Source: Candidatus Kerfeldbacteria bacterium (GTDB lineage: Bacteria > Patescibacteriota > Patescibacteriia > SBBC01). From it: 49,340 bases of DNA. The notes beneath the pieces were generated by a model. The model ran no database searches, had not been told where the DNA came from, and saw only the letters and a list, made by a program, of their open reading frames with translations. The DNA is taken from assembly GCA_016204585.1 (NCBI GenBank), contig JACQKH010000007.1, positions 1 to 49,340 of the forward strand. Direction: 5' to 3'. This document shows, in pieces, positions 41,433-49,340 of the stretch (its first letter is position 1; each line of letters starts with the position of its first letter). A program made the translations under genes and the position numbers.

Positions 41433-42851
41433 TTAGATGACGTGGTTGGTCTTGATGGTTATCCGCTTGCCGCCGGCCACTGACTCGGCCGCCGGGGTAG
41501 TGACTACGTTAAAACCGAAGAGAAGCGCGCTCGACGTTTCGGCTCGCAGCACGTCGGCTTCGGTGATGTTCCCCAGGCCGCTCTGCACGATCTCCGCCGC
41601 CACTTCTGGATGTTTAAGTTTATTCAACGCTTCGCGAATGGCCTCGAGCGAACCGAGCGTATCGGCGCGAATGACGAGGTTGAGTTTTTGCAGCGGTGGG
41701 GTAGCGATTTCTTCCTTGACCACCACCATTGGCGTCGCGGGTTGTTTGCGAAAAACTTTTTTCGTCTTCAATTCGCGAATAACCTTTTGGTCTGTTTCCA
41801 CGCGAAGAATATCGCCAATCACCGGCGCCTCCCGGAAGCCGAGAATACTGGCTGGCACCGACGGACCGGCCGCTTTGATCGGTTGTCCGTTATAGTCGCG
41901 AAGCGCCCTGACTTTACCCCAAACGTCACCGGTTGAGACCACGTCCCCGACTCTTAGCGTTCCGGTGTGCACCAGGGCGGTGGCAATCGGACCCTGCCCT
42001 GAATCAACGTGCGACTCAATGATGGTTCCTACCGCCGACCGATTTGGGTTGGCTTTAAGGTTGTCCTTCTCGACCTGCGCGACCAGGAGGACTGAGTCGA
42101 GTAGATCGGTTATCCCTCTACCCTCTTTGGCCGATACTGGCACGGACACGACTTGACCGCCCCAGCCCTCCACCAATACGTTTTTCGCGGCCAGCTGCTG
42201 CTTGACTCGATCCGGGCTGGCATCCGACTTGTCAATTTTGTTGATAGCCACGACTATCGGGAGTTTTGCTTCGCGAATGATGCGAATCGCTTCCTCGGTC
42301 TGCGGTTTTACTCCGTCGTCGGCGGCCACCACTAAAATGGCCAGATCCGCCACTCGCGCCCCGCGCGAGCGCATGGCGGTAAATGCCTCGTGTCCGGGCG
42401 TATCAATGTAAGTGATCGGCTGACCTTTCTCTTCCACTTGGTAGGCGCCGATGTGCTGGGTAATACCGCCGGCTTCTCCGGCCACTACATTGGTCTTACG
42501 AATGGCGTCGAGGAGCTTTGTTTTTCCATGGTCGACATGACCCATCACCACCACCACTGGCGCCCGCTCCACCAATAAACTCGCGTCCTCCTCTTTTAAC
42601 AGTTCACTGAGTTGCTGCCGGTCAACCTTTTCATCCGCCCGCCGCTCGATAACCGCTTTAAAACCGAGGTCATCGGCGATGACGGCGGCGGTATCGTAGT
42701 CAATCTCCTCGTTCATCGCGGCCATCACGCCGTTCTTGACGAGTTCGGACATTACGCTCGTCAACGGCAACGAAAGCCGTTCGGCAAAAATTCTCACCGT
42801 CAAACGCGACGGGAGCTGCACCGGTTTTTTGGCGGACGCGGTTTCAGTCAT
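41433..42851 (-). CDS. infB: translation initiation factor IF-2 (short N-terminus; G domain, domain II, C1), ending at an internal TAA
   Basis: [24 protein letters not shown] and NKID G-motifs. ATG 42851 (alternative TTG 42860). Confidence 0.85.
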   Translation of the reverse strand: MTETASAKKPVQLPSRLTVRIFAERLSLPLTSVMSELVKNGVMAAMNEEIDYDTAAVIADDLGFKAVIERRADEKVDRQQLSELLKEEDASLLVERAPVVVVMGHVDHGKTKLLDAIRKTNVVAGEAGGITQHIGAYQVEEKGQPITYIDTPGHEAFTAMRSRGARVADLAILVVAADDGVKPQTEEAIRIIREAKLPIVVAINKIDKSDASPDRVKQQLAAKNVLVEGWGGQVVSVPVSAKEGRGITDLLDSVLLVAQVEKDNLKANPNRSAVGTIIESHVDSGQGPIATALVHTGTLRVGDVVSTGDVWGKVRALRDYNGQPIKAAGPSVPASILGFREAPVIGDILRVETDQKVIRELKTKKVFRKQPATPMVVVKEEIATPPLQKLNLVIRADTLGSLEAIREALNKLKHPEVAAEIVQSGLGNITEADVLRAETSSALLFGFNVVTTPAAESVAGGKRITIKTNHVI

Positions 42852-42862
42852 AAAGCCCAAAC

Positions 42863-42894
42863 ACAGTACCGAAAAAACGGCTTGGCGTCAAGCC
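42863..42894 (-). promoter_or_regulatory. overlapping terminator (ggcttg-acgc-caagcc + TTTTTT) and promoter (TTGACG-17-TACTGT) directly upstream of infB
   Basis: Minus strand: the -35 TTGACG (42886-42891) lies inside the terminator hairpin (42872-42894). The -10 TACTGT (42863-42868) ends 11 nt before ATG 42851, implying a near-leaderless infB mRNA. Confidence 0.45.
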
Positions 42895-42966
42895 TTAGAA
42901 TCTTTGCAAATCTCGTGCGACCAGACTCGACGTTCCTCGTGGAACACTCGAATAAATAGGTTGACG

Positions 42967-43620
42967 CTAGGTATGCCGCTCGAGGATTTTAACCGGAACC
43001 TTAGCCAACGAGGCGAACCGATTAGCATCCTCAACGCTGCCGACAATAGAGCCGAAATGCATCGGCACGGCGACCTTCGGCTTGAAAGCATTGACTGCGT
43101 CAGCCGCCTCCTCCGCCGTCATCACATAGGTGCCGGACACCGGCACCAGGGCAATGTCAATGTTATTCATTCCCTTCATCTCCGGAATGAAATCGGTGTC
43201 GCCGGTGTGGTAAATACGTTGACCTTCAAGGTTTACAATAAAACCCACTCGTGAATCGCCGGGTGGATGAAACGATTTATTGAGATTATAGGCCGGCACT
43301 GTTTCGACGGTCACGCCGTTAACCTCATGTTTCTCTCCCGGTTTAACGATGATCAGTCGGCCGGTCAGCAGTTCCGGACCGCACACCGCGGCGGCCATAG
43401 TCATGGTGGTCGGCTTCATCACCACCGCGAAATCCTTAGGCGAGCAGTGGTCGAAGTGCTCGTGGGTAATGAGAATCAGGTCGGCCGGTTCCTGCGGCGG
43501 ATTCAGCTGGAAAGGATCAATATAAATCACTTTACCGCCGCCCACGATCTTAAAACAGTCATGCCCGAACCAGGTGATGTGATCAAGGGATATGGCTTGT
43601 TTCGCCATGGTTTTTGGCAA
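42967..43620 (-). CDS. MBL-fold metal-dependent hydrolase (UPF0173-like)
   Basis: ITWFGHDCFKI and LILITHEHFDH motifs. Confidence 0.75.
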   Translation of the reverse strand: MPKTMAKQAISLDHITWFGHDCFKIVGGGKVIYIDPFQLNPPQEPADLILITHEHFDHCSPKDFAVVMKPTTMTMAAAVCGPELLTGRLIIVKPGEKHEVNGVTVETVPAYNLNKSFHPPGDSRVGFIVNLEGQRIYHTGDTDFIPEMKGMNNIDIALVPVSGTYVMTAEEAADAVNAFKPKVAVPMHFGSIVGSVEDANRFASLAKVPVKILERHT

Positions 43621-43622
43621 CT

Positions 43623-44375
43623 TTAAAACTGTCTACCCTTGCCGACAATGACGCGAAGTTTCTTCGGCGCTACTTCGACCGTCACCGGAGTTTTTACCAC
43701 GGTTTGGCCATCGAGAGTCAAGGGAATCGAAATTCCGCCGGAAGAAATCTTGGCTCTTTTAAGCGGCAGAACGGTCTCCAACGAGGTGCCCTTACGAAAC
43801 CACGACCAACCGCTCGGGCGATCGTCAATGACTGCTTCCAGCACGCCGTCCTGAGGGTTGCAGGCCGCCCGGACTTCCTCGCGCGGCCCGAAATTGCAAA
43901 TACTGAATGGTCGGGGTAAGCCGGTCAGCGAAACTCGATAAAGACCGTCGCACTCAACGGTCACCACCTGGGCCGGCACGTCGAGAGAAAACAAGAAGTA
44001 CTGGTCATTGACCCTTCCCAAGTCGATCGTTCGCACAATGCGTTTGGATAACGCGTCGCAAGCCGCCTCTTCTTCCGGCAGGCCGAGCGCCTGAGCAATC
44101 CGTGAAGGCTGGCCGACCGGGATAATGCCCAGCGTCACGTCGTATTGAGCCACGATCGAAACCGCCTTAGCCACGGCCGCGTCGTTACCGACGATAACGA
44201 TCGTCTCGGCCCCCCGTTTAATCGCCGTCTCAATCAGATCCCGCATATTCTTCAATACGGACAATCGGTCCATCCGCCCGTTCAAGCCGAGCTCGATCAG
44301 ACGGAATTCGATCCGGTTAAGCAGCGGTTCGTATTTTCGATCAGCCAGCTGGCTATCGAAAAGGTAATAGTACAT
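43623..44375 (-). CDS. diacylglycerol/lipid-kinase-catalytic-domain-like protein (divergent)
   Basis: YegS/DAGK-like N-terminal fold pattern (...ETIVIVGNDAAVAKAV...LGIIPVG). The usual GGDGT reads GNDAA. Confidence 0.5.
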   Translation of the reverse strand: MYYYLFDSQLADRKYEPLLNRIEFRLIELGLNGRMDRLSVLKNMRDLIETAIKRGAETIVIVGNDAAVAKAVSIVAQYDVTLGIIPVGQPSRIAQALGLPEEEAACDALSKRIVRTIDLGRVNDQYFLFSLDVPAQVVTVECDGLYRVSLTGLPRPFSICNFGPREEVRAACNPQDGVLEAVIDDRPSGWSWFRKGTSLETVLPLKRAKISSGGISIPLTLDGQTVVKTPVTVEVAPKKLRVIVGKGRQF

Positions 44376-44378
44376 GCG

Positions 44379-44795
44379 TTAAGCTTGGAAGCTTTTTTTC
44401 TTTTCGGGATGCGGAATTGGCGGCGAAGAAGAAACGGTTTCGGGCTTGACCATCACGCACTTGCCGTTTAGAATCGCGCCTTGAGCCACGACGAGCACCG
44501 CCACTTCCACGTTCCCCAGTACCTTGGCTGATGGCCCAAGTTCCAGCTTGCCGGCAGTTCTAACATTGCCGTGAACTTCTCCGGCCACCGTAACATTGGC
44601 GGCCTCGATATCAGCTTTGACCTTGGCCCCTTCGCCAATTCTCAGATCTTTTGAAGTCTTCAGGGACCCGTTTACTGTTCCTTCAACCACCACGTTTCCG
44701 GAACCGATAAAATTGCCCTCGACTTTGACCGACGGTCCGATTATCGTTTCCGGACTCTTTGCGGCCACTTCCGGCTCGCGACTAAACATTGCCAT
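44379..44795 (-). CDS. bactofilin-family cytoskeletal protein
   Basis: Beta-helical repeats (IIGPSVKVEGNFIGSGNVVVEGTVNGSL......IGEGAKVKADIEA..V.VAGEV.GNV). AAGGAG RBS. Confidence 0.8.
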   Translation of the reverse strand: MAMFSREPEVAAKSPETIIGPSVKVEGNFIGSGNVVVEGTVNGSLKTSKDLRIGEGAKVKADIEAANVTVAGEVHGNVRTAGKLELGPSAKVLGNVEVAVLVVAQGAILNGKCVMVKPETVSSSPPIPHPEKKKSFQA

Positions 44796-44837
44796 GTTCT
44801 TCTCCTTATAATAGCTGCTATGTATTCAAGTGCGTTC

Positions 44838-44867
44838 ATTGTAAACATCGCCCGCCGATAATGTCAA
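44838..44867 (-). promoter_or_regulatory. promoter of the bactofilin / lipid-kinase-like / MBL operon
   Basis: Minus strand: TTGACA, 18 nt, TACAAT. Confidence 0.55.
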
Positions 44868-44892
44868 CTCATCTGGCATGGCGCAGCTCGAA

Positions 44893-44942
44893 ATTGAACA
44901 CTTTTTGTGTTCAATAAGACACGAACGGACGGATCCCGTCCG
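44893..44942 (-). terminator. two hairpins downstream of the 1266-aa gene
   Basis: cggacgg-atc-ccgtccg (44926-44942) and attgaacac-ttttt-gtgttcaat (44893-44915). Confidence 0.45.
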
Positions 44943-44981
44943 CGGAACAGGCTGATGACACTGACTAAAGTCCCGGCGGTT

Positions 44982-47900
44982 TTACCGCGTTGGTATGGTC
45001 AACACCCAGCCCGACTGAATCACATTCGGTTGCCGGACCAAACCGGGAAGCGCCTTGGCATTTTCTTTTACCAGCAACGGATAGAGATTGCCCGCGCCGA
45101 GGTAGCGCTCGGCAATCCGCCAGAGCGAATCCCCGGGCTGCACCGCGTATTTCAGGGTTTTGCCAACCTTTATCGTGGTTCGCTTGGCGTCAGTACCGAC
45201 AGTAAAGGTAATCTTCTGCCGCACGATGCTCGTCCGTCCGACCTCGTCGGTCGCCTGCACGTAGAGGATATGTTTCCCTGACTTGAACTCCTTCAGGGAG
45301 ATGGCCGCGGCAAAGCTCTTGGTTGATTTTGAATCGCCATCGACTTTAATGGTCTTGACCACCTTCCCGTCGACGTACAGGCGGAGCGTCTGTCCGCCCT
45401 TGGCCACGCCCGGCACGGTCAGCACCGGCTCCTGTCCGTCGCTGATGATGAGCGTGGTGACGGTCGGGGAAATCGCTCGGTTCTTCGTGGATTCGGGCGT
45501 GTTGGTGGTAAACGTGTCATCGTCAGTCACCGCCGTTGTCATACCGGTGCTGGTGATTTGGAAGTGGTAGGTCGTGCCGGAATCGAGGCCAGGTACTCGA
45601 AGCTGGTGGGCGGTAACGAGCTTGGTGTTAGATTTAACAATCCCGTAGGTGTCGGTCAGACCTAATCTAGCCTTCGAAGTCGCCGGTTCATTGGTCATCC
45701 AAATGAAAGTCGCCTCCGTTTCTCCGGCCACGACGCGAAGATTGCTGATGACGGTTTGGCCCGCTTCTGGTTGCGTCGTAAACGTGGCATCCGCATCCGA
45801 GTCAGTGGTGCTACCGGTTGATATTACTTCGTAGTGATAGGTAGTGTTCGGTTCGAGGCCGGTGATGGTCAGACTGTGCGAAGTCGCCAAGTTCAAGTCA
45901 GACGCCTCGCTTCCATAGTCAGTCGTTGGGCCGTAGCGCACTTTCGATGTGGCCGGTTCGTTGGTGGTCCAGGTGACGATAACCGAAGTTGAGCTCAAGA
46001 CCGCGACCTGGACGTTAGTGATGACCGTCATCGGCGTGGCCAGGGTAGTGAACGATAGATCAGTCGACACGGCCGCATTGCCAGCTTCATCCGTGCTCAA
46101 GGCCCGGGCGTGGAACTCGGTGTTCGTGGCCAAACCGCTCAAACTCACGCGGTGGCTCGTGGTCAGGCTGGGATCAAGCGTGGTCGTATTTCCATAACTT
46201 ACCGTTGTTCCCCATTCAACCTGCGTGCTGGCTGGTCCATTAGTCGTCCAGGTCAAGGTGGCGCTGTTGGTAGTGGTGGTGGCGACGAAGGACGAGATTA
46301 CCGGCGCCTGGGTATCTTTCAAAATGGTGAATACATCATCGACCTCGTTACTCAAGCCATCGAGGGCAAACGCCCGTACCGAAACGTAATTCGTTCCTTC
46401 TTGCAAGCTGGCAAAGTCCACGGTCCAGTTGATGGAATAACTATCGGTATCGGCCGTAAAAATGTTTGTCCAGTCCTTGAGCAGCGTCCCGGTCTTGCCG
46501 GCGCCGCTGTACACGGCGTACTGCCCATAATCGAGCTGCGGGCCGGCTGCGGCTTTGGCAAAATCGACGTCATAGGTCGTTCCGCTTGCCTTGCGAGGCG
46601 CAGTATCGCCAGTCTGGTTGTCGGAAATCGTCGGCAACGACGTGTTGACGGTGACGCCGTTTGAGGAGGTTGACGAACCGCTATTCCCGGCATTGTCCAC
46701 GGCTCGCGTCGAAACGTAGTAGGTCGTGCCGCTGGTTAACGATAACCCGGTCTTAGTGACACTGGTTGATGCGCCGTTGTCCGTGTACCCGAGAACTTGC
46801 GTTCCGCCCGATGTCGTGCCGATGGCGTACTGATATTTTGCAAGACCTGATGTCGTGTCCGTCGAGGCAGTCCAGTTCGCGGACAACTGGGTCAGGCTGG
46901 TCGAGTACGTGGCATCCGCGCCGGTGCCGTCGTTGACCGTAGCCGGGATGGTCGGATTCGTCGCGTCAAAGTAGTACGGACCGAAATCAGTGCCAGTACC
47001 GGTGGCCACGTCTTCCGTGTTGAACGACTGCAGGTGGAGATACCAGTTGTTACCGTCGACTGAAGCGGTCCGGCTCAAGCTCGTGCCGACGCTGGTACAA
47101 CTGCCGCCCGGACAGTTGGCGTTATTATTGCTCCAGGTGCTTTCCGAGCCGCTGAAGCTTTGGGTGACGCTTTGATTCCAGACGTAACGGTAATACTGCT
47201 GTCCACCAAGGAAGAAACCGTTCTGATCGTCAAACGTGAAGGTGCCGGTGTTGTACCAGGTCGAGGTCGCCCGGGTGCTGGTAACGTTCGGATTGGCCGC
47301 CAGGGTATACTTCGTTTGGCTGGCCGTGGTCGCGGTTTCATCGCTGTTGCCGTTCCGCGCTTTAACCGCGTATGGATTGGAAGTGTTTGGCGAAAGACCA
47401 GATTCGGTCCAGGCAGTCGTCTGAATCCAGCCGGAGTCGGTGGTGAGGTTGGTGTTTTGAAAGAACAGACCGGATGACCCGCTGGTCAGGTTCGACAACG
47501 TGCCGGTGGCCGTGACGGTAATGGAACTGGTGGTCACGTTGCTGAAACTGACGCCGGTCGGCGTTTCAATCGAGCTGTAGGCCGAGGCCGACGAGCTGTC
47601 GGTGTTGCCCTGAGCGTCGGTCACGTTGGCGTGGCGGGTGTATTGGGTGTTGGCCGATAGCCCGGTCTCAGTACAGCTGGTGCTATTCGCGGCCAGGTTG
47701 GTACAGCCGGTGACGTTGGCGTGGCTGGCGTTGTGGACGTCATACCGCGTCTCGGTGGCGGCGTTGTCAGTCCAGTTCCAGCTGACGCTGGTGGTGGTGT
47801 TGGCGGTGTGACCGAAGGCGGTGGGAGCCGGCGGCGGCGTGGTGTAGCTGATCACCAGCTGCGGCTTGTTCGACGACGCGTCCACCGAGCTGATGGCGCC

Positions 47901-48782
47901 GACGTTGGTAACTCTAGCCTGATGACGAATTCCGATGGCAATCAGATCGCTGCCGGTCAGACGGGTTTGAACGTTGGAGTCGGCGGTCGTTCCCAGGTCA
48001 ACGGTTTTCGCGCCGGTCGTGTTCCAGTTGGTGGCCGTGGTGTAATTGGTTCCCGAACCGAGCGTTTCGAAGAGACTGCTTCCCTCGGCGGTACAGGAAA
48101 CCGTATCGGGCGTATCGGTCGTGACCGGGAAGTATTCCACCGTGGCCGTGGTCGTGTCAGAAACGTTAACCGTCAATGAGACATCGGTGATTGTAGCGTT
48201 ATTTGGAATGGACGATAGGTCGAATTTCATAGCCAGTCGATATTCCCGGTCTGTTCCCACGCAACTCGTATCCAAGAAATCGACCTTCAAACTGGTAGCG
48301 GTGGCGCTTTCGCAGGCGTATGAGAACGTGTCGCACGTCGTAGCGTCGTACTCCCCGGTCCGGTCCCAGGTCGGATTCAGCGTAACGCTCGAAGACACGG
48401 CCGCGGCCGGTGTCGGCTTTCCTAGCTCGACCAATCCAAAACCCAGAATTGACAGTTGGATGCCGGCCGCCAGCAATAACAGCGTAGTCGAAATTACGGC
48501 CAACCGGTTTTGCCGAATGAGCGCGCTGTAGGAATCAAGATACTCGCCGTTGCCGTGACGGCGCGCCATTTTCTGAAAACTCTGTTGCGGACTCCAGATG
48601 AGGTGTAGAGGTATGGAAACTATGAAAATAGCGCTGTTGACTAGCGTCCGAGCAATGGCCAATGGAATGAACGTCAAGAACTGGACAAAGCGAGGATAAT
48701 GCCGAAAACCATCCTCCGCTGAATTGAAGGAGTCACCAGTACTTACGAGTTTTTGGCGAAGTGCTACAATCAAATGAACCAT
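44982..48782 (-). CDS. very large surface protein (1266 aa): N-terminal 2-TM module, DNRLRE-like domain, FN3 and PAP-N-type FN3 repeats, Ig-like domain, C-terminal LysM
   Basis: N-terminus homologous to 28648-29031. LKVDFLD....REYRLAMKFDLSSIP.NATITDVSLTV (DNRLRE-like). Three ~90-aa repeats at about 45504-46310 (T.VTWTTNEPATS.V.YG.T..YG......L.TSH...I.GL.P.T.YH). LysM YAVQPGDSLWRIAERYLG at the C-terminus. Confidence 0.8.
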   Translation of the reverse strand: MVHLIVALRQKLVSTGDSFNSAEDGFRHYPRFVQFLTFIPLAIARTLVNSAIFIVSIPLHLIWSPQQSFQKMARRHGNGEYLDSYSALIRQNRLAVISTTLLLLAAGIQLSILGFGLVELGKPTPAAAVSSSVTLNPTWDRTGEYDATTCDTFSYACESATATSLKVDFLDTSCVGTDREYRLAMKFDLSSIPNNATITDVSLTVNVSDTTTATVEYFPVTTDTPDTVSCTAEGSSLFETLGSGTNYTTATNWNTTGAKTVDLGTTADSNVQTRLTGSDLIAIGIRHQARVTNVGAISSVDASSNKPQLVISYTTPPPAPTAFGHTANTTTSVSWNWTDNAATETRYDVHNASHANVTGCTNLAANSTSCTETGLSANTQYTRHANVTDAQGNTDSSSASAYSSIETPTGVSFSNVTTSSITVTATGTLSNLTSGSSGLFFQNTNLTTDSGWIQTTAWTESGLSPNTSNPYAVKARNGNSDETATTASQTKYTLAANPNVTSTRATSTWYNTGTFTFDDQNGFFLGGQQYYRYVWNQSVTQSFSGSESTWSNNNANCPGGSCTSVGTSLSRTASVDGNNWYLHLQSFNTEDVATGTGTDFGPYYFDATNPTIPATVNDGTGADATYSTSLTQLSANWTASTDTTSGLAKYQYAIGTTSGGTQVLGYTDNGASTSVTKTGLSLTSGTTYYVSTRAVDNAGNSGSSTSSNGVTVNTSLPTISDNQTGDTAPRKASGTTYDVDFAKAAAGPQLDYGQYAVYSGAGKTGTLLKDWTNIFTADTDSYSINWTVDFASLQEGTNYVSVRAFALDGLSNEVDDVFTILKDTQAPVISSFVATTTTNSATLTWTTNGPASTQVEWGTTVSYGNTTTLDPSLTTSHRVSLSGLATNTEFHARALSTDEAGNAAVSTDLSFTTLATPMTVITNVQVAVLSSTSVIVTWTTNEPATSKVRYGPTTDYGSEASDLNLATSHSLTITGLEPNTTYHYEVISTGSTTDSDADATFTTQPEAGQTVISNLRVVAGETEATFIWMTNEPATSKARLGLTDTYGIVKSNTKLVTAHQLRVPGLDSGTTYHFQITSTGMTTAVTDDDTFTTNTPESTKNRAISPTVTTLIISDGQEPVLTVPGVAKGGQTLRLYVDGKVVKTIKVDGDSKSTKSFAAAISLKEFKSGKHILYVQATDEVGRTSIVRQKITFTVGTDAKRTTIKVGKTLKYAVQPGDSLWRIAERYLGAGNLYPLLVKENAKALPGLVRQPNVIQSGWVLTIPTR

Positions 48783-48851
48783 AGACTGTCGTTCACTTCG
48801 TTAAGGTTTTTGTATTTATCCTCTTTACAGTATAACCACAGTATAACCTAA

Positions 48852-49151
48852 AAAATTGGTTTTTTTGACTATCGTAATTATATAACATATAATTTTATTT
48901 GTCAATGTTTTTTTGACGAAAAACCAATTTTACATGATCTTATTAACGGGGGGTTTTTCGTGATTGAGACCTCAGATTTGGCCTTCACATTCTTTCATGA
49001 AAACTCTGATTTAGAAAAAGACGTGTTGCCTGCTGTTGCAAGACATGGGCATCTTAGAATGTATCCACATGAAGGTTATTGGAATACAATCAATACTCAA
49101 AAGGATTTATTGGAACTTAGACAAGAGTGGGAAAAAGAGGGATTAATTTGA
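48852..49151 (+). pseudogene. 5'-truncated glucose-1-phosphate cytidylyl/nucleotidyl-transferase (RfbF-like) gene fragment
   Basis: The frame is open from 48852. FDEKP....LINGGFFV......L......E.D.L..........Y.H.GYW..I.T.KDL..L..EW matches only the C-terminal ~85 residues of RfbF-type enzymes. The N-terminal nucleotide-binding half is absent. AT-rich. Confidence 0.6.
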
Positions 49152-49340
49152 TAGCATTAGTGACCGGGGCAAGAGGGTTTACTGGACGACACTTATCTGA
49201 ATATCTTCGACAATATGGGCATACAGTTGTTGCGCTAGTTAGAGACTGTGATTATCGAGAGGTTGCATCGCCTACTGAACAATCAAAAACAATCTATGTT
49301 CGAGGTGATCTAACTAATCTAGATTTGTTATATAGAACTC
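49148..49340 (+). CDS. NAD-dependent epimerase/dehydratase (CDP/dTDP-sugar 4,6-dehydratase-like), 5' part running off the window
   Basis: TTG start overlapping the upstream stop (TTGA). IALVTGARGFTGRHL Rossmann motif. Open to nt 49340. Confidence 0.6.
   Translation, partial: MIALVTGARGFTGRHLSEYLRQYGHTVVALVRDCDYREVASPTEQSKTIYVRGDLTNLDLLYRT

Noticed and set aside
41433-41435. Alternative genetic code (stop-codon reassignment) as the explanation for the infB TAA
   Set aside because: TAA terminates typA, the cyclophilin gene and others at positions matching full-length homologs. TGA and TAG are also used as ordinary stops. A single internal TAA does not justify a recoded genome.

Overview
About 48.6 kb of GC-rich bacterial chromosome (roughly nt 200-48780), bracketed by two short AT-rich flanks (1 to ~200, and ~48783-49340). 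Housekeeping content: TypA/BipA, MurC, an orphan PilT, RNase Y + YmdB, HU, ClpP, a short IF-2, RbfA, NrnA, cyclophilin, a VIT1-type transporter, DedA, bactofilin, tRNA-Arg(TCG) and tRNA-Lys(CTT). TAA, TAG and TGA all serve as stops. Promoters are canonical (TTGACA-17-TATACT type) and RBSs are GGAGG-like. By inference this fits a small-genome, monoderm-type, possibly CPR/Patescibacteria-like organism. Roughly a third of the window encodes very large secreted or surface proteins (683, 1457, 1136 and 1266 aa). The most unusual part is a co-oriented minus-strand cluster at 28648-38059. It pairs two DUF916/DUF3324-like (CscA-like) membrane proteins carrying a LysM after their TM helix with three WxL-like domain proteins. 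One of these is a 1136-aa protein built from five copies of an unassigned ~172-aa repeat. The cluster also holds a class-A beta-lactamase-like hydrolase and a small membrane module that recurs fused to the 1266-aa protein. It looks like an undescribed relative of the Firmicute Csc/WxL surface-complex loci. Other notable items: an orphan, translationally coupled two-gene operon (24892-26927) with no recognisable domains; an in-frame TAA inside infB at a conserved Tyr position; both tRNA genes embedded in perfect leader/trailer inverted repeats, with decayed tRNA-Lys fragments nearby; a 30-nt duplication of the typA 3' end bracketing a single inserted gene; a ~690-nt hairpin-rich non-coding stretch; and several families of intergenic palindromic repeats. 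No CRISPR array, rRNA, integrase or transposase was seen.
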